Positions 1-9,376 of a stretch of 64,000 bases of DNA are shown here, one piece after another (position 1 is the stretch's first letter; every line of letters starts with the position of its first letter). The stretch covers positions 76,599-140,598 of the forward strand of contig JADKFV010000054.1 in NCBI GenBank assembly GCA_016717325.1, written 5' to 3'. Below the pieces are notes generated by a model that searched no databases, had not been told where the DNA came from, and saw nothing but the letters and a program-made list of their open reading frames with translations. The DNA is from Bacteroidota bacterium (GTDB taxonomy: Bacteria > Bacteroidota > Bacteroidia > AKYH767-A > OLB10). The translations under genes were made by a program, and so were the position numbers.

Positions 1-1141
1 AAGTGGTGCTTGTCCAAGCGCCTGCACCAACCGCACGGTACTGTACATTATAAGAAAGTGCACCACTCACTGCGCCCCAGTTAAGTGTTGCAGTTGTTTG
101 TGTTATCGAAGTTGCCAATAAACCTGCCGCAGTGCCGCAACCGCCTGATGTGGGAGGCGTGCATCCCAATGAAGTTTTTAGTGCAACACGGCTACCATTC
201 ATTGTGGCGTCTATGCGCACACTTTGTCCGGCAGTAAGCATATTCATACATGCATCGTCAGTATAATCCATGTAGTTCATAAACATATCGCCATTAGGAC
301 CATTGCTGCACGATACTGTTGGAAACACAGGGCAGCCATAATTTTCATCACCTTGATTTGGAGTGTCACTTACTAAATCGCTACCTGTGCATGCAGTACC
401 ATCATCGCCCCATATATGATACAATCCTAAATAGTGGCCTACTTCGTGCGTTAGCGTACGACCTAAGTGATAAGGTGTTGATGTGCCGGGTGCCGATGGT
501 CCGCCAATGCTACCTGTTAAGCAAACTACACCATCGGTAGATGCAGCCCCACCGGGAAACTGCGCATAACCCAACAAACCGCCACTGAGATTACAAACCC
601 ATATATTCAGATAAGAGCCTGCAGGCCATGCATCGTTACCACCTTGCGATGAAAATTTTGCCGGATTGCCAGTTGAACTAAACGAAGTTTTTGTTGTGGA
701 TTTGCGAACGATTCCTGTTGTAGCATTACCACTTGGATCGCGTTGCGCCAAACAGAATTGTACATTGGTTGCAGAGGCAACACCCGTAAATGCTGATGGT
801 GTGCTTCCGGCATCGGCATTGAGGCGGGCGTAGTCTTTATTCAACACATCGAGTTGCGCAAGAATGCGCGCATCCGAAATGTTTTGTGCTGTAGTATTGT
901 ACAACACATGAAATACAACCGGTATAGTTGTAATAGCATTCACTTTGTTGTTTTGGTGCTCAGCCACATATGCTGCCACAGCCGATTCTGCCTGATCCAT
1001 CCGTTGTTTAAGCGAAGGATCGTTTTGCAATTGTTCGTTCAACACATCCATAGTGCCACATGAGCGATGAGGATGCTGTGCTTGGGCGGCCATGTTTAAA
1101 AACAAAGCGACACCAAATCCGAGGAGGAATTTTTTAATCAT
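1..1141 (-). CDS. M43 (pappalysin/cytophagalysin-like) zinc metallopeptidase; N-terminal ~380 aa only, the C-terminus lies beyond the window start
   Basis: Reverse-strand translation from the ATG at 1141..1139 gives MIKKFLLGFGVALFLNMAAQAQ (signal peptide) ... HEVGHYLGLYHIWGDDG (HExxHxxGxxH zinc site) ... CPVFPTVSC. It is paralogous to the 14690..16783 product (HEAGHWFNLRHIWGD). It is absent from the ORF track because it runs off the edge. Confidence 0.7.
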   Translation of the reverse strand, partial: MIKKFLLGFGVALFLNMAAQAQHPHRSCGTMDVLNEQLQNDPSLKQRMDQAESAVAAYVAEHQNNKVNAITTIPVVFHVLYNTTAQNISDARILAQLDVLNKDYARLNADAGSTPSAFTGVASATNVQFCLAQRDPSGNATTGIVRKSTTKTSFSSTGNPAKFSSQGGNDAWPAGSYLNIWVCNLSGGLLGYAQFPGGAASTDGVVCLTGSIGGPSAPGTSTPYHLGRTLTHEVGHYLGLYHIWGDDGTACTGSDLVSDTPNQGDENYGCPVFPTVSCSNGPNGDMFMNYMDYTDDACMNMLTAGQSVRIDATMNGSRVALKTSLGCTPPTSGGCGTAAGLLATSITQTTATLNWGAVSGALSYNVQYRAVGAGAWTSTT

Positions 1142-1273
1142 ATTATAAAATTTTAAAATTGTTTGGAGCGTGAATATAAGACAATTGTTCAATCCAAAAC
1201 ATTCTTTTACTTTTTTCTACAATAAATTATTATTGCACGGAAAAAAAACTCCGATTAACATTATTGAAATTTT

Positions 1274-2818
1274 TTATTCTACAACAACTTTTGCTGTCTG
1301 TGTATTTGATGCCGATATTAATTGCAAATAATAAATGCCGGGTTTAAATGATGTTGTATTCACTTGCATAATATTCGCGTTTACAGTTTGTGTAGCAGCG
1401 AAATCATTTACCATCCTGCCGCTGGCATCTATAAGATTAATATTATACTGCTCAATGTCTGCTAAAGAAATTGTAAAATAATCACGTGCCGGGTTTGGAT
1501 ATACGTTCACTGTTGGTGTAGTTGTGTTGATAGATACTTTTTCTGTTTGCGAATAAGTAAACGCGCCATTAACATCTGTTTGTTTTAATCGGTAATAAGA
1601 AACACCGTTGTAAGGATTCAAATCGTTGAAGGAATAATTTAAAACCTTTGTCGAATTACCCGCAGCTTTTACTTGTCCCGCTTCTTCAAAATCAATTCCA
1701 TTTTTACTGCGCTCTACGGTAAAGTAGTCGTTGTTGGTTTCGCTGGCTGTTGCCCAATTGCATAATACTGTTTCGTTATTTTTTGCTTCGGCTTCGAATG
1801 AGATTAATGATATTGGCAATGGCGAAGAAGCAAGGGCCACTGCCCACGGGCCAAAACCCGTATAGGCAACACCGGGTATAACTACGCTTTGTGTTGTAGG
1901 GTTTGATTGTCCCGAAAGTGCAGTTTGCCACGCCTTAGGAGCGGCAATCCAACGTTGTGCCCTCGGGCTTACATTTCCATTTGCAGCATTTTCGGTTGCA
2001 GCCCATGTGAATGTAAATGTTGCCGTTGGTGTTCCTGTATTATCAATTTCCCAAAACCTGTCAACAGTGTTAGCACTATTATCAAGGCCAAGGTTATTTC
2101 TGATATGCTTTACTGAATCGGGCGTAAAAGGAAGCGGCAAATTATTTGGTGTAGTAGCGTATGTACTTACCGTTACATTGCCTGCATTGCCCGATGTGAG
2201 GTTGTAGCTAAATGGAATTTGCACTCCGGCAGCGTTGCCAAATGGAATGGTATGTATTCCGGTGACAGCATTTATGCTCCAAATTATTTTTGATGAATTG
2301 TTTGTTTGCTCGCTGGTAATAAACCCGGTAGTAAATGAAATTGCTGTTGAATTTGGATTTAGAATTGAAAGCGATTTTGAGTTGAGAATTAAATTACGCG
2401 CACCAATATTGAGAATGCCTGTATTGAAACTACCACCAACTGTTGTGTTAATTAACAGCGATTTTGAACCTGTGCCAAGCAATGTAAGGTTATTAAATGT
2501 AGTTGAACTTGTGCCACCAATTGTTTGATTGGCACCATTTAAAATTACTGTACCTATCGAAGTGCCAAAACAGTTGTTTGCTGCATTGTGAATCCAATTT
2601 CCGCTTAAATCAATTGTGCCGGCATTAGCTATTGTTGCTCCATTTTGATTTTGCACATCGCCCTGTATTGTAAGCTGCGTGCCACTTGTAATTGTTAGTG
2701 TTATATTATCGTTTGTGAGTAATTGGCAAAAACAAGTTTGCACATGGCATATTAAAAACATGGCAATAAACATAAATTTAAAACTTGCACTGAATCTTTT
2801 TCTGATAGTATTTTCCAT
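1274..2818 (-). CDS. Secreted beta-helix-like protein with T9SS type-A C-terminal sorting domain; paralog of 36929..38551
   Basis: 514-aa ORF with an N-terminal hydrophobic signal. The C-terminus ends ...VYPNPARDYF...PGIYYLQLISASNTQTAKVVVE, typical of a Por secretion CTD. The N-terminal 90 aa are ~60% identical to 36929..38551 (DLSGNWIHNxANNCF, NLTLxGTG). Confidence 0.75.
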   Translation of the reverse strand: MENTIRKRFSASFKFMFIAMFLICHVQTCFCQLLTNDNITLTITSGTQLTIQGDVQNQNGATIANAGTIDLSGNWIHNAANNCFGTSIGTVILNGANQTIGGTSSTTFNNLTLLGTGSKSLLINTTVGGSFNTGILNIGARNLILNSKSLSILNPNSTAISFTTGFITSEQTNNSSKIIWSINAVTGIHTIPFGNAAGVQIPFSYNLTSGNAGNVTVSTYATTPNNLPLPFTPDSVKHIRNNLGLDNSANTVDRFWEIDNTGTPTATFTFTWAATENAANGNVSPRAQRWIAAPKAWQTALSGQSNPTTQSVVIPGVAYTGFGPWAVALASSPLPISLISFEAEAKNNETVLCNWATASETNNDYFTVERSKNGIDFEEAGQVKAAGNSTKVLNYSFNDLNPYNGVSYYRLKQTDVNGAFTYSQTEKVSINTTTPTVNVYPNPARDYFTISLADIEQYNINLIDASGRMVNDFAATQTVNANIMQVNTTSFKPGIYYLQLISASNTQTAKVVVE

Positions 2819-2873
2819 TTGTAAAATTTTTATTTTGTTGAGAATTTCTTTTAAAAATAATTTCGAAAATGTT

Positions 2874-4367
2874 TTAGTTAGTGAGTCCTCTTTTTTTCAT
2901 TTCCGCTTCTTCTTCCTTTGTTTTAATGGTGCTTACTTTCATTTTTACTTTGCCAAGCAATTGCTCGCGCTCTTGTGTAGAATAATTTTTGGCAACATTC
3001 AATTGTGCAGGTGAAATTTTTGTGGCAGCTATCCAATTTATCATCAGATTTTGTACAGTTCCATTTGTAACTATTGTAAACCCTGTTGCACTTACATTTT
3101 TAATACTCACTTGCATGTTACTGTTTATAGGCGTTACAGTAACTACCGGATATTTTCCGTTTGGTATCGATGCAGCAAAATTAGTATCGAACAATACTAC
3201 TGCTTCATTACCCGAAACTATTTCGGCAACTCCTAAATCGCTAATTGTTTTTATAGCATTGGCAATTTTTTCGGCCTTTTCATCAAGCTCTTTTACAGAA
3301 TTTACAAGCACATAAGTTAACGCACCATTGTTTACATCAAGATACGTTTCCCGATTATTTATTTCGCGTGCATTCGGTGTGTATTCAAACGAGCCTACCA
3401 TGTATGGTGTAGCTTTTTGCAATTCCTGCGCTATCACGCCTACATAATACTCGCCCGCAGGTGTGCCGCCCTTGCCATTGTAACGGTAGTACACCGGATT
3501 GATTTGCTTAATAGTTTCGAGTCCATCTTTAAAAGTATTTACATCATCTTTCAATCGTCCGTCCGATGCAATAGTCCATGTGTTTGTTCCGGGTTTTGCA
3601 GCATCGTCAAATGCAAGTTGAAAATCATGCGTGGCATTATTATTCAAATTGATAGAAAATTGTGCCGAGTTTACATTGTTATTAAAATCGATAGTATTAG
3701 AAAAATCATTAAACCACTCTATGCTTCCTATTTGAGTGATTGTGCCCGATGAATTATTGTTGCGGCCACGGTATACAATAGTATCGAGAAAGGTGTTAAC
3801 AAACACATCGAGTTGCGCCAATGGTGTTGTAACGCCACCTATAGAAACACGGCCGTTTGCTTTCACTCGCATACGTTCAATATTTTTTGTTTTTGTTATC
3901 ACATCAATCGAATCGGTGGTGCCAATAAAATTAGTGCCGGCAACAGTACCGGTATTGCCTGTAAGATTCCAAGCTGTAGCATTTGAAGCGAGCGGTTTCC
4001 ATATTGGAGAATCAAAATAGAAAAACTGATCGGTAGTTGTTTCATAAACCAACAAGCCTTGTGCAGGCGAAAGTATGGCAAGGCGTTGTCCACTGGTCAT
4101 GCGTGGTACAAGGAGACCCTTGCTTGTGCTGGTAAGATCCAACAATGCACTTGCGGCCGGGGTAGAATTATTTATGCCTACACTTTGCGCAAAGCTATTT
4201 TCAACAAATAATATCGAAACGAATAACAAAATGGCAATAGATATTCTCAGCTCCTTCTGAATTTTTAATGCCGAAATATTAGCAAAAAATTGTTCGCTTC
4301 CTTTGGTGATTTTCGATAAAGAAGTTCCTCTTCTTTCTGTTCCTTGTTTTGATTTTGTGTTTAACAT
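2874..4367 (-). CDS. Secreted tail-fibre-like protein with peptidase S74 / intramolecular chaperone (endosialidase chaperone) domain
   Basis: 497-aa ORF. It carries a TM/signal segment ISIAILLFVSILFVENSFAQ and the motif SDGRLKDDVNTF...VGVIAQELQKATPYMV...NGALTYVLVNSVKELDEK, which matches the S74 chaperone consensus (SDRRLKENI...IGxIAQEVEKVFPELV). There is no T9SS CTD. Confidence 0.65.
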   Translation of the reverse strand: MLNTKSKQGTERRGTSLSKITKGSEQFFANISALKIQKELRISIAILLFVSILFVENSFAQSVGINNSTPAASALLDLTSTSKGLLVPRMTSGQRLAILSPAQGLLVYETTTDQFFYFDSPIWKPLASNATAWNLTGNTGTVAGTNFIGTTDSIDVITKTKNIERMRVKANGRVSIGGVTTPLAQLDVFVNTFLDTIVYRGRNNNSSGTITQIGSIEWFNDFSNTIDFNNNVNSAQFSINLNNNATHDFQLAFDDAAKPGTNTWTIASDGRLKDDVNTFKDGLETIKQINPVYYRYNGKGGTPAGEYYVGVIAQELQKATPYMVGSFEYTPNAREINNRETYLDVNNGALTYVLVNSVKELDEKAEKIANAIKTISDLGVAEIVSGNEAVVLFDTNFAASIPNGKYPVVTVTPINSNMQVSIKNVSATGFTIVTNGTVQNLMINWIAATKISPAQLNVAKNYSTQEREQLLGKVKMKVSTIKTKEEEAEMKKRGLTN

Positions 4368-4382
4368 CTTATTGTGGTTTTA

Positions 4383-4504
4383 TTTTTTTTGCCTACTCTA
4401 TAAGGTTTTCGGCTTACCCCTTTTTGTTATTTGATGAGGCAAACATATAGCGGCATGCAGGCATTATAAACCCATAATAAAAAGATGGCGGGTTCAAGTT
4501 GATA
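4383..4504 (-). promoter_or_regulatory. Conserved ~115-bp upstream element, copy A (candidate promoter plus 5' leader) for 2874..4367
   Basis: Near-identical to 6573..6694 and 7937..8058. In the gene orientation it contains TATATGTTTG, which matches the Bacteroidetes -7 box TAnnTTTG. It ends 16 bp before the start codon. Confidence 0.6.
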
Positions 4505-4560
4505 TTTGGCAGTGATGATTTTAAATTCGGTATTGAGAAAATAAAAAAACTGAAGTACAA

Positions 4561-4602
4561 AAGGCAAATAATAATAAAGCCCGGTTTTGGTAAACCGGGC
4601 TT
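4561..4602 (-). terminator. Rho-independent terminator of the S8 peptidase gene
   Basis: Hairpin AAGCCCGGTTT/AAACCGGGCTT followed on the minus strand by TTTATTATTATTT. Confidence 0.6.
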
Positions 4603-4645
4603 CGAGCGAGCAACGGAGGATTTTAAAGATTAGTAATGGCTCTTA

Positions 4646-6562
4646 TTAATTCTTAACAAACCTTTGTATAACAGTATTTGATTGCCCTTCAACGCGCACC
4701 ATATAAATTCCGGAAGGAAGTGTAGAAATATCAATTGGCGTTTCGATGATGGTGTCATCTTTCACCAATTGTTGTTGTCGAACTATTTTGCCTTCCACAT
4801 TTAATATTTGTATGTTGAAATTATTTTCGGCCGAAACAACATTGAGATTAATTACATTTTCGGCAGGGTTAGGAAACATCATCAATTGTATTGATTCATT
4901 TTCGATAACGTTCTCAAAATTGTTATCACCGGTTTTCAGTACGAAAAAAGAAAATGTAGGCGAAAAGCTGGAGTACGTTAAAGGAACTGAGGAGCATTTT
5001 GTTCTAACCTTCCATTCATAATTTGCAAAAAGTTGGAGTGATGCCGTGTAAGAATTTTTTGTAACATTAACAGAAGTCCACAACCATGAACCTTGTATTC
5101 TATAATATAGATTGTATCCTTCTACGCAACTCGATGCATTCCATTTAAAAGTAATGTTAGGCACCGATTTGGTTATGCTTAACCCGGTAGGTATCTTGGC
5201 ACTACATGGCAAAGCACATTTAATTGCATTGAAAGCATTTATTCTGCCACTTCCTAATTTACCAACGTATGAGGGATTGAGCGCATTAATATTATCAGCA
5301 GTATTTTTTACAATATTCACAACCTCATCGTAAGTCAATGCCGGATTGATAGAACGCACCAAACCACACAGCCCTGCAACCATAGGTGCTGCCATCGATG
5401 TGCCACTTTTTACGCCATAAGTATTACCAGGTAACGAGCTATAAATATTATCGCCAGGGGCAGATACATCAACCCATGTACCATACGTTGATGTTCCACT
5501 TTTGTGATCGGTCATGTTTACATTTGCCACCGAAAGCACATGATTATAGCCCGCAGGATATTGAATAGTTGCTGTATTATTATTTCCTGCCGATGCCACC
5601 ACAATTGCATTATTAAAATATGCATCATTTACTACATTTTGATTTGTAATACTAGAACCCGAACCACCCCACGAACAACTAATTATTTTTGCGCCATGCG
5701 TTGCGGCCCAGGCAATACCTTCGTAGCCGTTGTCGATTGATGTTGTTCCGCTTGTATTGCGTGTTGCTTTTATTGCCATAATTCCACAGCCATATCCTAT
5801 GGATGCAATACCGTTGCCATTATTTGTTCGCGCGCACGCTATACCAGATGTATGTGTGCCATGATTGTGCGCCAATGTAGGCGGTGCAGGATTATTATCG
5901 CCATCGGACACGTCTCTACTCGATGAAATATTTGCCGCCAAATCACTGTGCGTTATTTCAATTGCATTGTCTACGATTGCTACTACAGTACTTGCTGATC
6001 CCTTTGCCAAATCCCACGCTTCTTTGGCCTTAATATTATACAAACCATACTGCCCGTTTGCGGTGCCAAGTGCATTTGGTTTTATATCGTTAGGCGTGAA
6101 CTCGATACTGTTGTAAGGAATTTTTTCGGCATATTCCACTTGCGATAATCGACTTACATCTTCTAAAAATTGTTCGACCGACTTACTGTTGTCAAAATAA
6201 ATACGGAATGTGCGCTTCAAAATTTCGGAGCGTGAGAAATAAAACGATGCCTCTGCTTTTGTAATTTTGTACTTCGCTACTAATGGATTTAAAAATGCCA
6301 TTTTCGCATTAATATCCACTGTCGATTGATTGGCATCGAAACTAAATGGCACTTCGCTTTTTAGTTTCAAATATATTTCGCCATCTACATAACCTTGTTG
6401 CACGCTTTGTGCAAATACGCCTGCAGTACCAAGCAACATGAGCAAGGCTGTAAACGACCAAATTGTTTTGGATAGAAATACTGAGGTACGAAGCATCTCA
6501 GCAAATGAAGCAGAACGTAGCATCCCTGCTAAAGTTCCAATTTGTGTGAATGATTTTGTCAT
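4646..6562 (-). CDS. S8 subtilisin-like serine peptidase with T9SS type-A CTD
   Basis: 638-aa ORF. The catalytic triad motifs are present: VAIVDNAIE (Asp), HGTHTSGIAC (His), GTSMAAPMVAG (Ser). It has a signal peptide and the C-terminus ends PSGIYMVRVEGQSNTVIQRFVKN. The true start may be the internal Met at ~6496. Confidence 0.85.
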   Translation of the reverse strand: MTKSFTQIGTLAGMLRSASFAEMLRTSVFLSKTIWSFTALLMLLGTAGVFAQSVQQGYVDGEIYLKLKSEVPFSFDANQSTVDINAKMAFLNPLVAKYKITKAEASFYFSRSEILKRTFRIYFDNSKSVEQFLEDVSRLSQVEYAEKIPYNSIEFTPNDIKPNALGTANGQYGLYNIKAKEAWDLAKGSASTVVAIVDNAIEITHSDLAANISSSRDVSDGDNNPAPPTLAHNHGTHTSGIACARTNNGNGIASIGYGCGIMAIKATRNTSGTTSIDNGYEGIAWAATHGAKIISCSWGGSGSSITNQNVVNDAYFNNAIVVASAGNNNTATIQYPAGYNHVLSVANVNMTDHKSGTSTYGTWVDVSAPGDNIYSSLPGNTYGVKSGTSMAAPMVAGLCGLVRSINPALTYDEVVNIVKNTADNINALNPSYVGKLGSGRINAFNAIKCALPCSAKIPTGLSITKSVPNITFKWNASSCVEGYNLYYRIQGSWLWTSVNVTKNSYTASLQLFANYEWKVRTKCSSVPLTYSSFSPTFSFFVLKTGDNNFENVIENESIQLMMFPNPAENVINLNVVSAENNFNIQILNVEGKIVRQQQLVKDDTIIETPIDISTLPSGIYMVRVEGQSNTVIQRFVKN

Positions 6563-6572
6563 TTTGTTTTTG

Positions 6573-6694
6573 TTTTTTTTGCCTACTCTATAAGGTTTTC
6601 GGCTTACCCCTTTTTGTTATTTGATGAGGCAAACATATAGCGGCCTGCAAGCATTATAAATCCATAATAAAAAGATGGCGGGGTTGAGTTGATA
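6573..6694 (-). promoter_or_regulatory. Conserved ~115-bp upstream element, copy B, for the S8 peptidase gene
   Basis: Same sequence as copies A and C apart from a few substitutions. It begins 11 bp upstream of the ATG at 6562. Confidence 0.6.
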
Positions 6695-6819
6695 ATTGGT
6701 AGAGGTTGATGAGAAGATGGATTTGAAAATAAATGGAAGAATACGATTGACATAAATCTTATTGAAATATTTTGAGTTTGGTGAAAAATCAATCTTTAAG
6801 AAAAATTTTTTTTTAAAAT

Positions 6820-6872
6820 ATCGACAAAAAAAATCCCGGACATTTCCTCTTTTAGAAGAAGTGACCGGGACA
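6820..6872 (-). terminator. Rho-independent terminator of the C1 peptidase gene
   Basis: Hairpin TCCCGG...CCGGGA followed on the minus strand by T8. Confidence 0.5.
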
Positions 6873-6928
6873 AAAAATATGTTGAGTTCTATCTTACGGG
6901 ATAGTATCACAAATATTTTTAATACGAT

Positions 6929-7903
6929 TTATAAGGATGAAGTAATTACATACGCTTCTTTCCAAAATCCTGTTGGTATCACTGGATTAGGCCATATTGG
7001 TAAAGTCGTGCAAACAACATCATAATCAATCCAAGCATATCCACTTGTTGCCCAATTAGTTCCCCACGAGTTCATCACTTTGAACGCATGTTTTGCATCG
7101 CTATAACCTATAACAGTGTAGCAATGATTGCCAACTTTTTGTGCGCTGTTATAGCTTGTATAAGTGGCGCCATAAGCCAGGTTTTGAAACTTTGTATCAA
7201 CCGGCCCGGCTACAATTACAGCACGATTTTGTACCAATTGATTTTTGATATCGTTAGTCACACAGTTTACAGTTGCATAACTTGTAATTCTATGTAAATT
7301 GGCATTTGCTATTTGGGCTGCATTTGGCAAAGTGCTACAGCCATTGGTGCTACTGTAAGGCATACTATTCCATGTACAAACCCCTTGGCCAAAGTACCAA
7401 GGCAAAGCATATCGCATTTTATTCAAAGCATCGGTAACATACGAACCACCGGCACATGTTGATACTTTTATTTGATTGTAAATAAATTCGGGGCTGAAAA
7501 CATTTGTGCTATAGTTGTAACTGGTAGCACCAGTTTTATAATATTTAGCAATACTCCTAGCAGAATATGCAGTTCCAAATGCTACACAAGATCCTTCGGA
7601 ACCTTGACTCTTGATTGGTGGGCATGTAAGATATTTCGATGCAGGATAAACTAAAGTAGTGTTGACGTTTTCTACTTTCTCCAACTTATCATACTGGCTT
7701 TCGGGTAATAAAACGGCACCGGTGTTTCGCTCGTTGTACTCTGCATTTTGTGTTTCCTCTTGCGGTGGTTGTGTAGCCTCCACTTCTACGGCATTTTGTG
7801 TTGATGGTGCTATAGACTCCAATGAATCTTTTTTACACGATGTTAAAATTGACAACAGCGACAATGCTGCAACGATTAGATAATTTGATTTAGAATTTCT
7901 CAT
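6929..7903 (-). CDS. Papain-like (C1 family) cysteine peptidase lipoprotein
   Basis: 324-aa ORF with lipoprotein signal LSLLSILTSCKK. The catalytic motifs are QGSEGSCVAFG (Cys), NHCYTVIGY (His) and MNSWGTNWATSGYAWI (Asn/Trp). Confidence 0.7.
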   Translation of the reverse strand: MRNSKSNYLIVAALSLLSILTSCKKDSLESIAPSTQNAVEVEATQPPQEETQNAEYNERNTGAVLLPESQYDKLEKVENVNTTLVYPASKYLTCPPIKSQGSEGSCVAFGTAYSARSIAKYYKTGATSYNYSTNVFSPEFIYNQIKVSTCAGGSYVTDALNKMRYALPWYFGQGVCTWNSMPYSSTNGCSTLPNAAQIANANLHRITSYATVNCVTNDIKNQLVQNRAVIVAGPVDTKFQNLAYGATYTSYNSAQKVGNHCYTVIGYSDAKHAFKVMNSWGTNWATSGYAWIDYDVVCTTLPIWPNPVIPTGFWKEAYVITSSL

Positions 7904-7936
7904 AACTTTTTTGTTTTTAAATAATTAATATATTTT

Positions 7937-8058
7937 TTGTTTTTGCCTACTCTATAAGGTTTTCGGCTTACCCCTTTTTGTTATTTGATGCTGCAAACAT
8001 ATCGCGGCCTGCAAGCATTATAAACCCATAATAAAAAGGTGGCGGGTTTGAGTTGATA
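7937..8058 (-). promoter_or_regulatory. Conserved ~115-bp upstream element, copy C, for the C1 peptidase gene
   Basis: Third copy of the element, with -7-like ATATGTTTG. It begins 34 bp upstream of the start at 7903. Confidence 0.6.
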
Positions 8059-8134
8059 GATGGAGGAACTTGTCCGAATATCGGTAGAGAAGTTATGTGA
8101 AAATAAAGGGCAGGGAAAAATGTGGTGGCTAAAT

Positions 8135-8884
8135 CTATAAACTACGGAGGGCAATTAAAAAATCTTCTTTGCGCCTTCGCGAAACATCAATCTCACTGCC
8201 GTCTTCCATTTTAGCAATTCCGCCTTCGCCCTTTATGTAATTTTTTACATAACGCAGATTGATAATGTGGGAATTATGTACACGAAAAAAATTTACTTCT
8301 TCGAGCATTTCCTCATATTCCTTTATGGTTTTCGATACCATAATTTTTTGCTTGCTCTTGGTGTGAAAAGTTGTGTAGTTGCCATCCGACTCAAGCCGCA
8401 CAATATCTTGCAGAAGCACAAGTTCGAGGCCGTTGGTAGTGGGCAAAGCTATTTTCTTAGAATCTTTTTGTAAGTTTTTAATGTTATGAAAAAGCGCCTC
8501 GAACTGATTTGCCGAATTCGATTTGTTTTGCTTTTGCTTGTATCTTCCTATTGCTGCGGTGAGGTCATCGAGGGTGCAGGGTTTAAGCAAATAATCGAGT
8601 GCCGAAAATTTTATGGCTTGCAGTGCATACTTCACATGTGCGGTAGTAAAAATAACTTCGAATTTAATATCGCCCAATTGATGCAATAAATCGAAACCTG
8701 TTTTATCGCCAATCTCAATATCCAAAAAAACAAGTTCGGGTGCATACTCATTAATTGCCCTGATACCATCATCAACATTTCGGCATGTGGCCTTTACATC
8801 AACATCGCCAAAATTTTCTTTAAGCATATTGTACAATACGTCAATACAACTTTGCTCATCGTCTACTATTATTGCTTTTATCAT
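8135..8884 (-). CDS. LytTR-family two-component response regulator
   Basis: 249 aa. N-terminal receiver domain MIKAIIVDDE...VFLDIEIGDKTGFDLL with a phospho-acceptor Asp. C-terminal LytTR DNA-binding domain (...FFRVHNSHIINLRYVK...). Confidence 0.9.
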   Translation of the reverse strand: MIKAIIVDDEQSCIDVLYNMLKENFGDVDVKATCRNVDDGIRAINEYAPELVFLDIEIGDKTGFDLLHQLGDIKFEVIFTTAHVKYALQAIKFSALDYLLKPCTLDDLTAAIGRYKQKQNKSNSANQFEALFHNIKNLQKDSKKIALPTTNGLELVLLQDIVRLESDGNYTTFHTKSKQKIMVSKTIKEYEEMLEEVNFFRVHNSHIINLRYVKNYIKGEGGIAKMEDGSEIDVSRRRKEDFLIALRSL

Positions 8885-8984
8885 GCAGTAAAAATAGAAA
8901 AACTTTTTTCGATATGGAATTTTGGGAAAAGGGCAGCACGCCTAATAATACTTTTTGCCAGGAAACACACCAATGAATAACGAA

Positions 8985-9375
8985 AAACACATTGCCACCA
9001 AAAACACAAAACAATGGAATTGTTTTTCTATGTGCCTATGTTCCTATGTGGTTAAACAACTTGCAGCAACTGAGCAATATGTAAAGAGCAAAACACATTG
9101 CCACCAAAAACACAAAACAATGGAATTGTTTTTCTATGTGCTTATGTTCCTATGTGGTTAAACAACTTGCAGCAACTGAGTTATATGTAAAGAGTAAAAC
9201 ACATTGCCACCAAAAACACAAAACAATGGAATTGTTTTTCTATGTGCCTATGTTCCTATGTGGTTAAACAACTTGCAGCAACTGAGTTATATGTAAAGAG
9301 TAAAACACATTGCCACCAAAAACACAAAACAATTAAATTTATATCTATGTTCCTATGTGGCTAAACCATTTGCGT
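8985..9375. repeat. 106-bp tandem repeat, ~3.7 copies, in the intergenic space between the sensor kinase and response regulator genes
   Basis: The anchor ATTGCCACCA recurs at 8991, 9097, 9203 and 9309, giving an exact 106-bp period. Each unit contains three adjacent octamers CTATGTGC/CTATGTTC/CTATGTGG. The last unit is degenerate. Confidence 0.9.
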
Positions 9376-9376
9376 A

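Noticed and set aside
319-1063. Short ORFs 319..540, 607..819 and 854..1063
   Set aside because: They fall in alternative frames inside the partial M43 peptidase gene, whose minus-strand frame starting at 1141 is continuous and carries the HExxHxxGxxH motif.
6604-6910. ORFs 6604..6792 and 6617..6910 on the minus strand
   Set aside because: They overlap the conserved upstream element and the terminator region, are low-complexity, and are mutually overlapping. They are most likely non-coding.
8985-9375. Possible CRISPR-like or coding region (ORF 8955..9161)
   Set aside because: It is a perfect 106-bp tandem repeat without unique spacers. The ORF is an artefact of the repeat.
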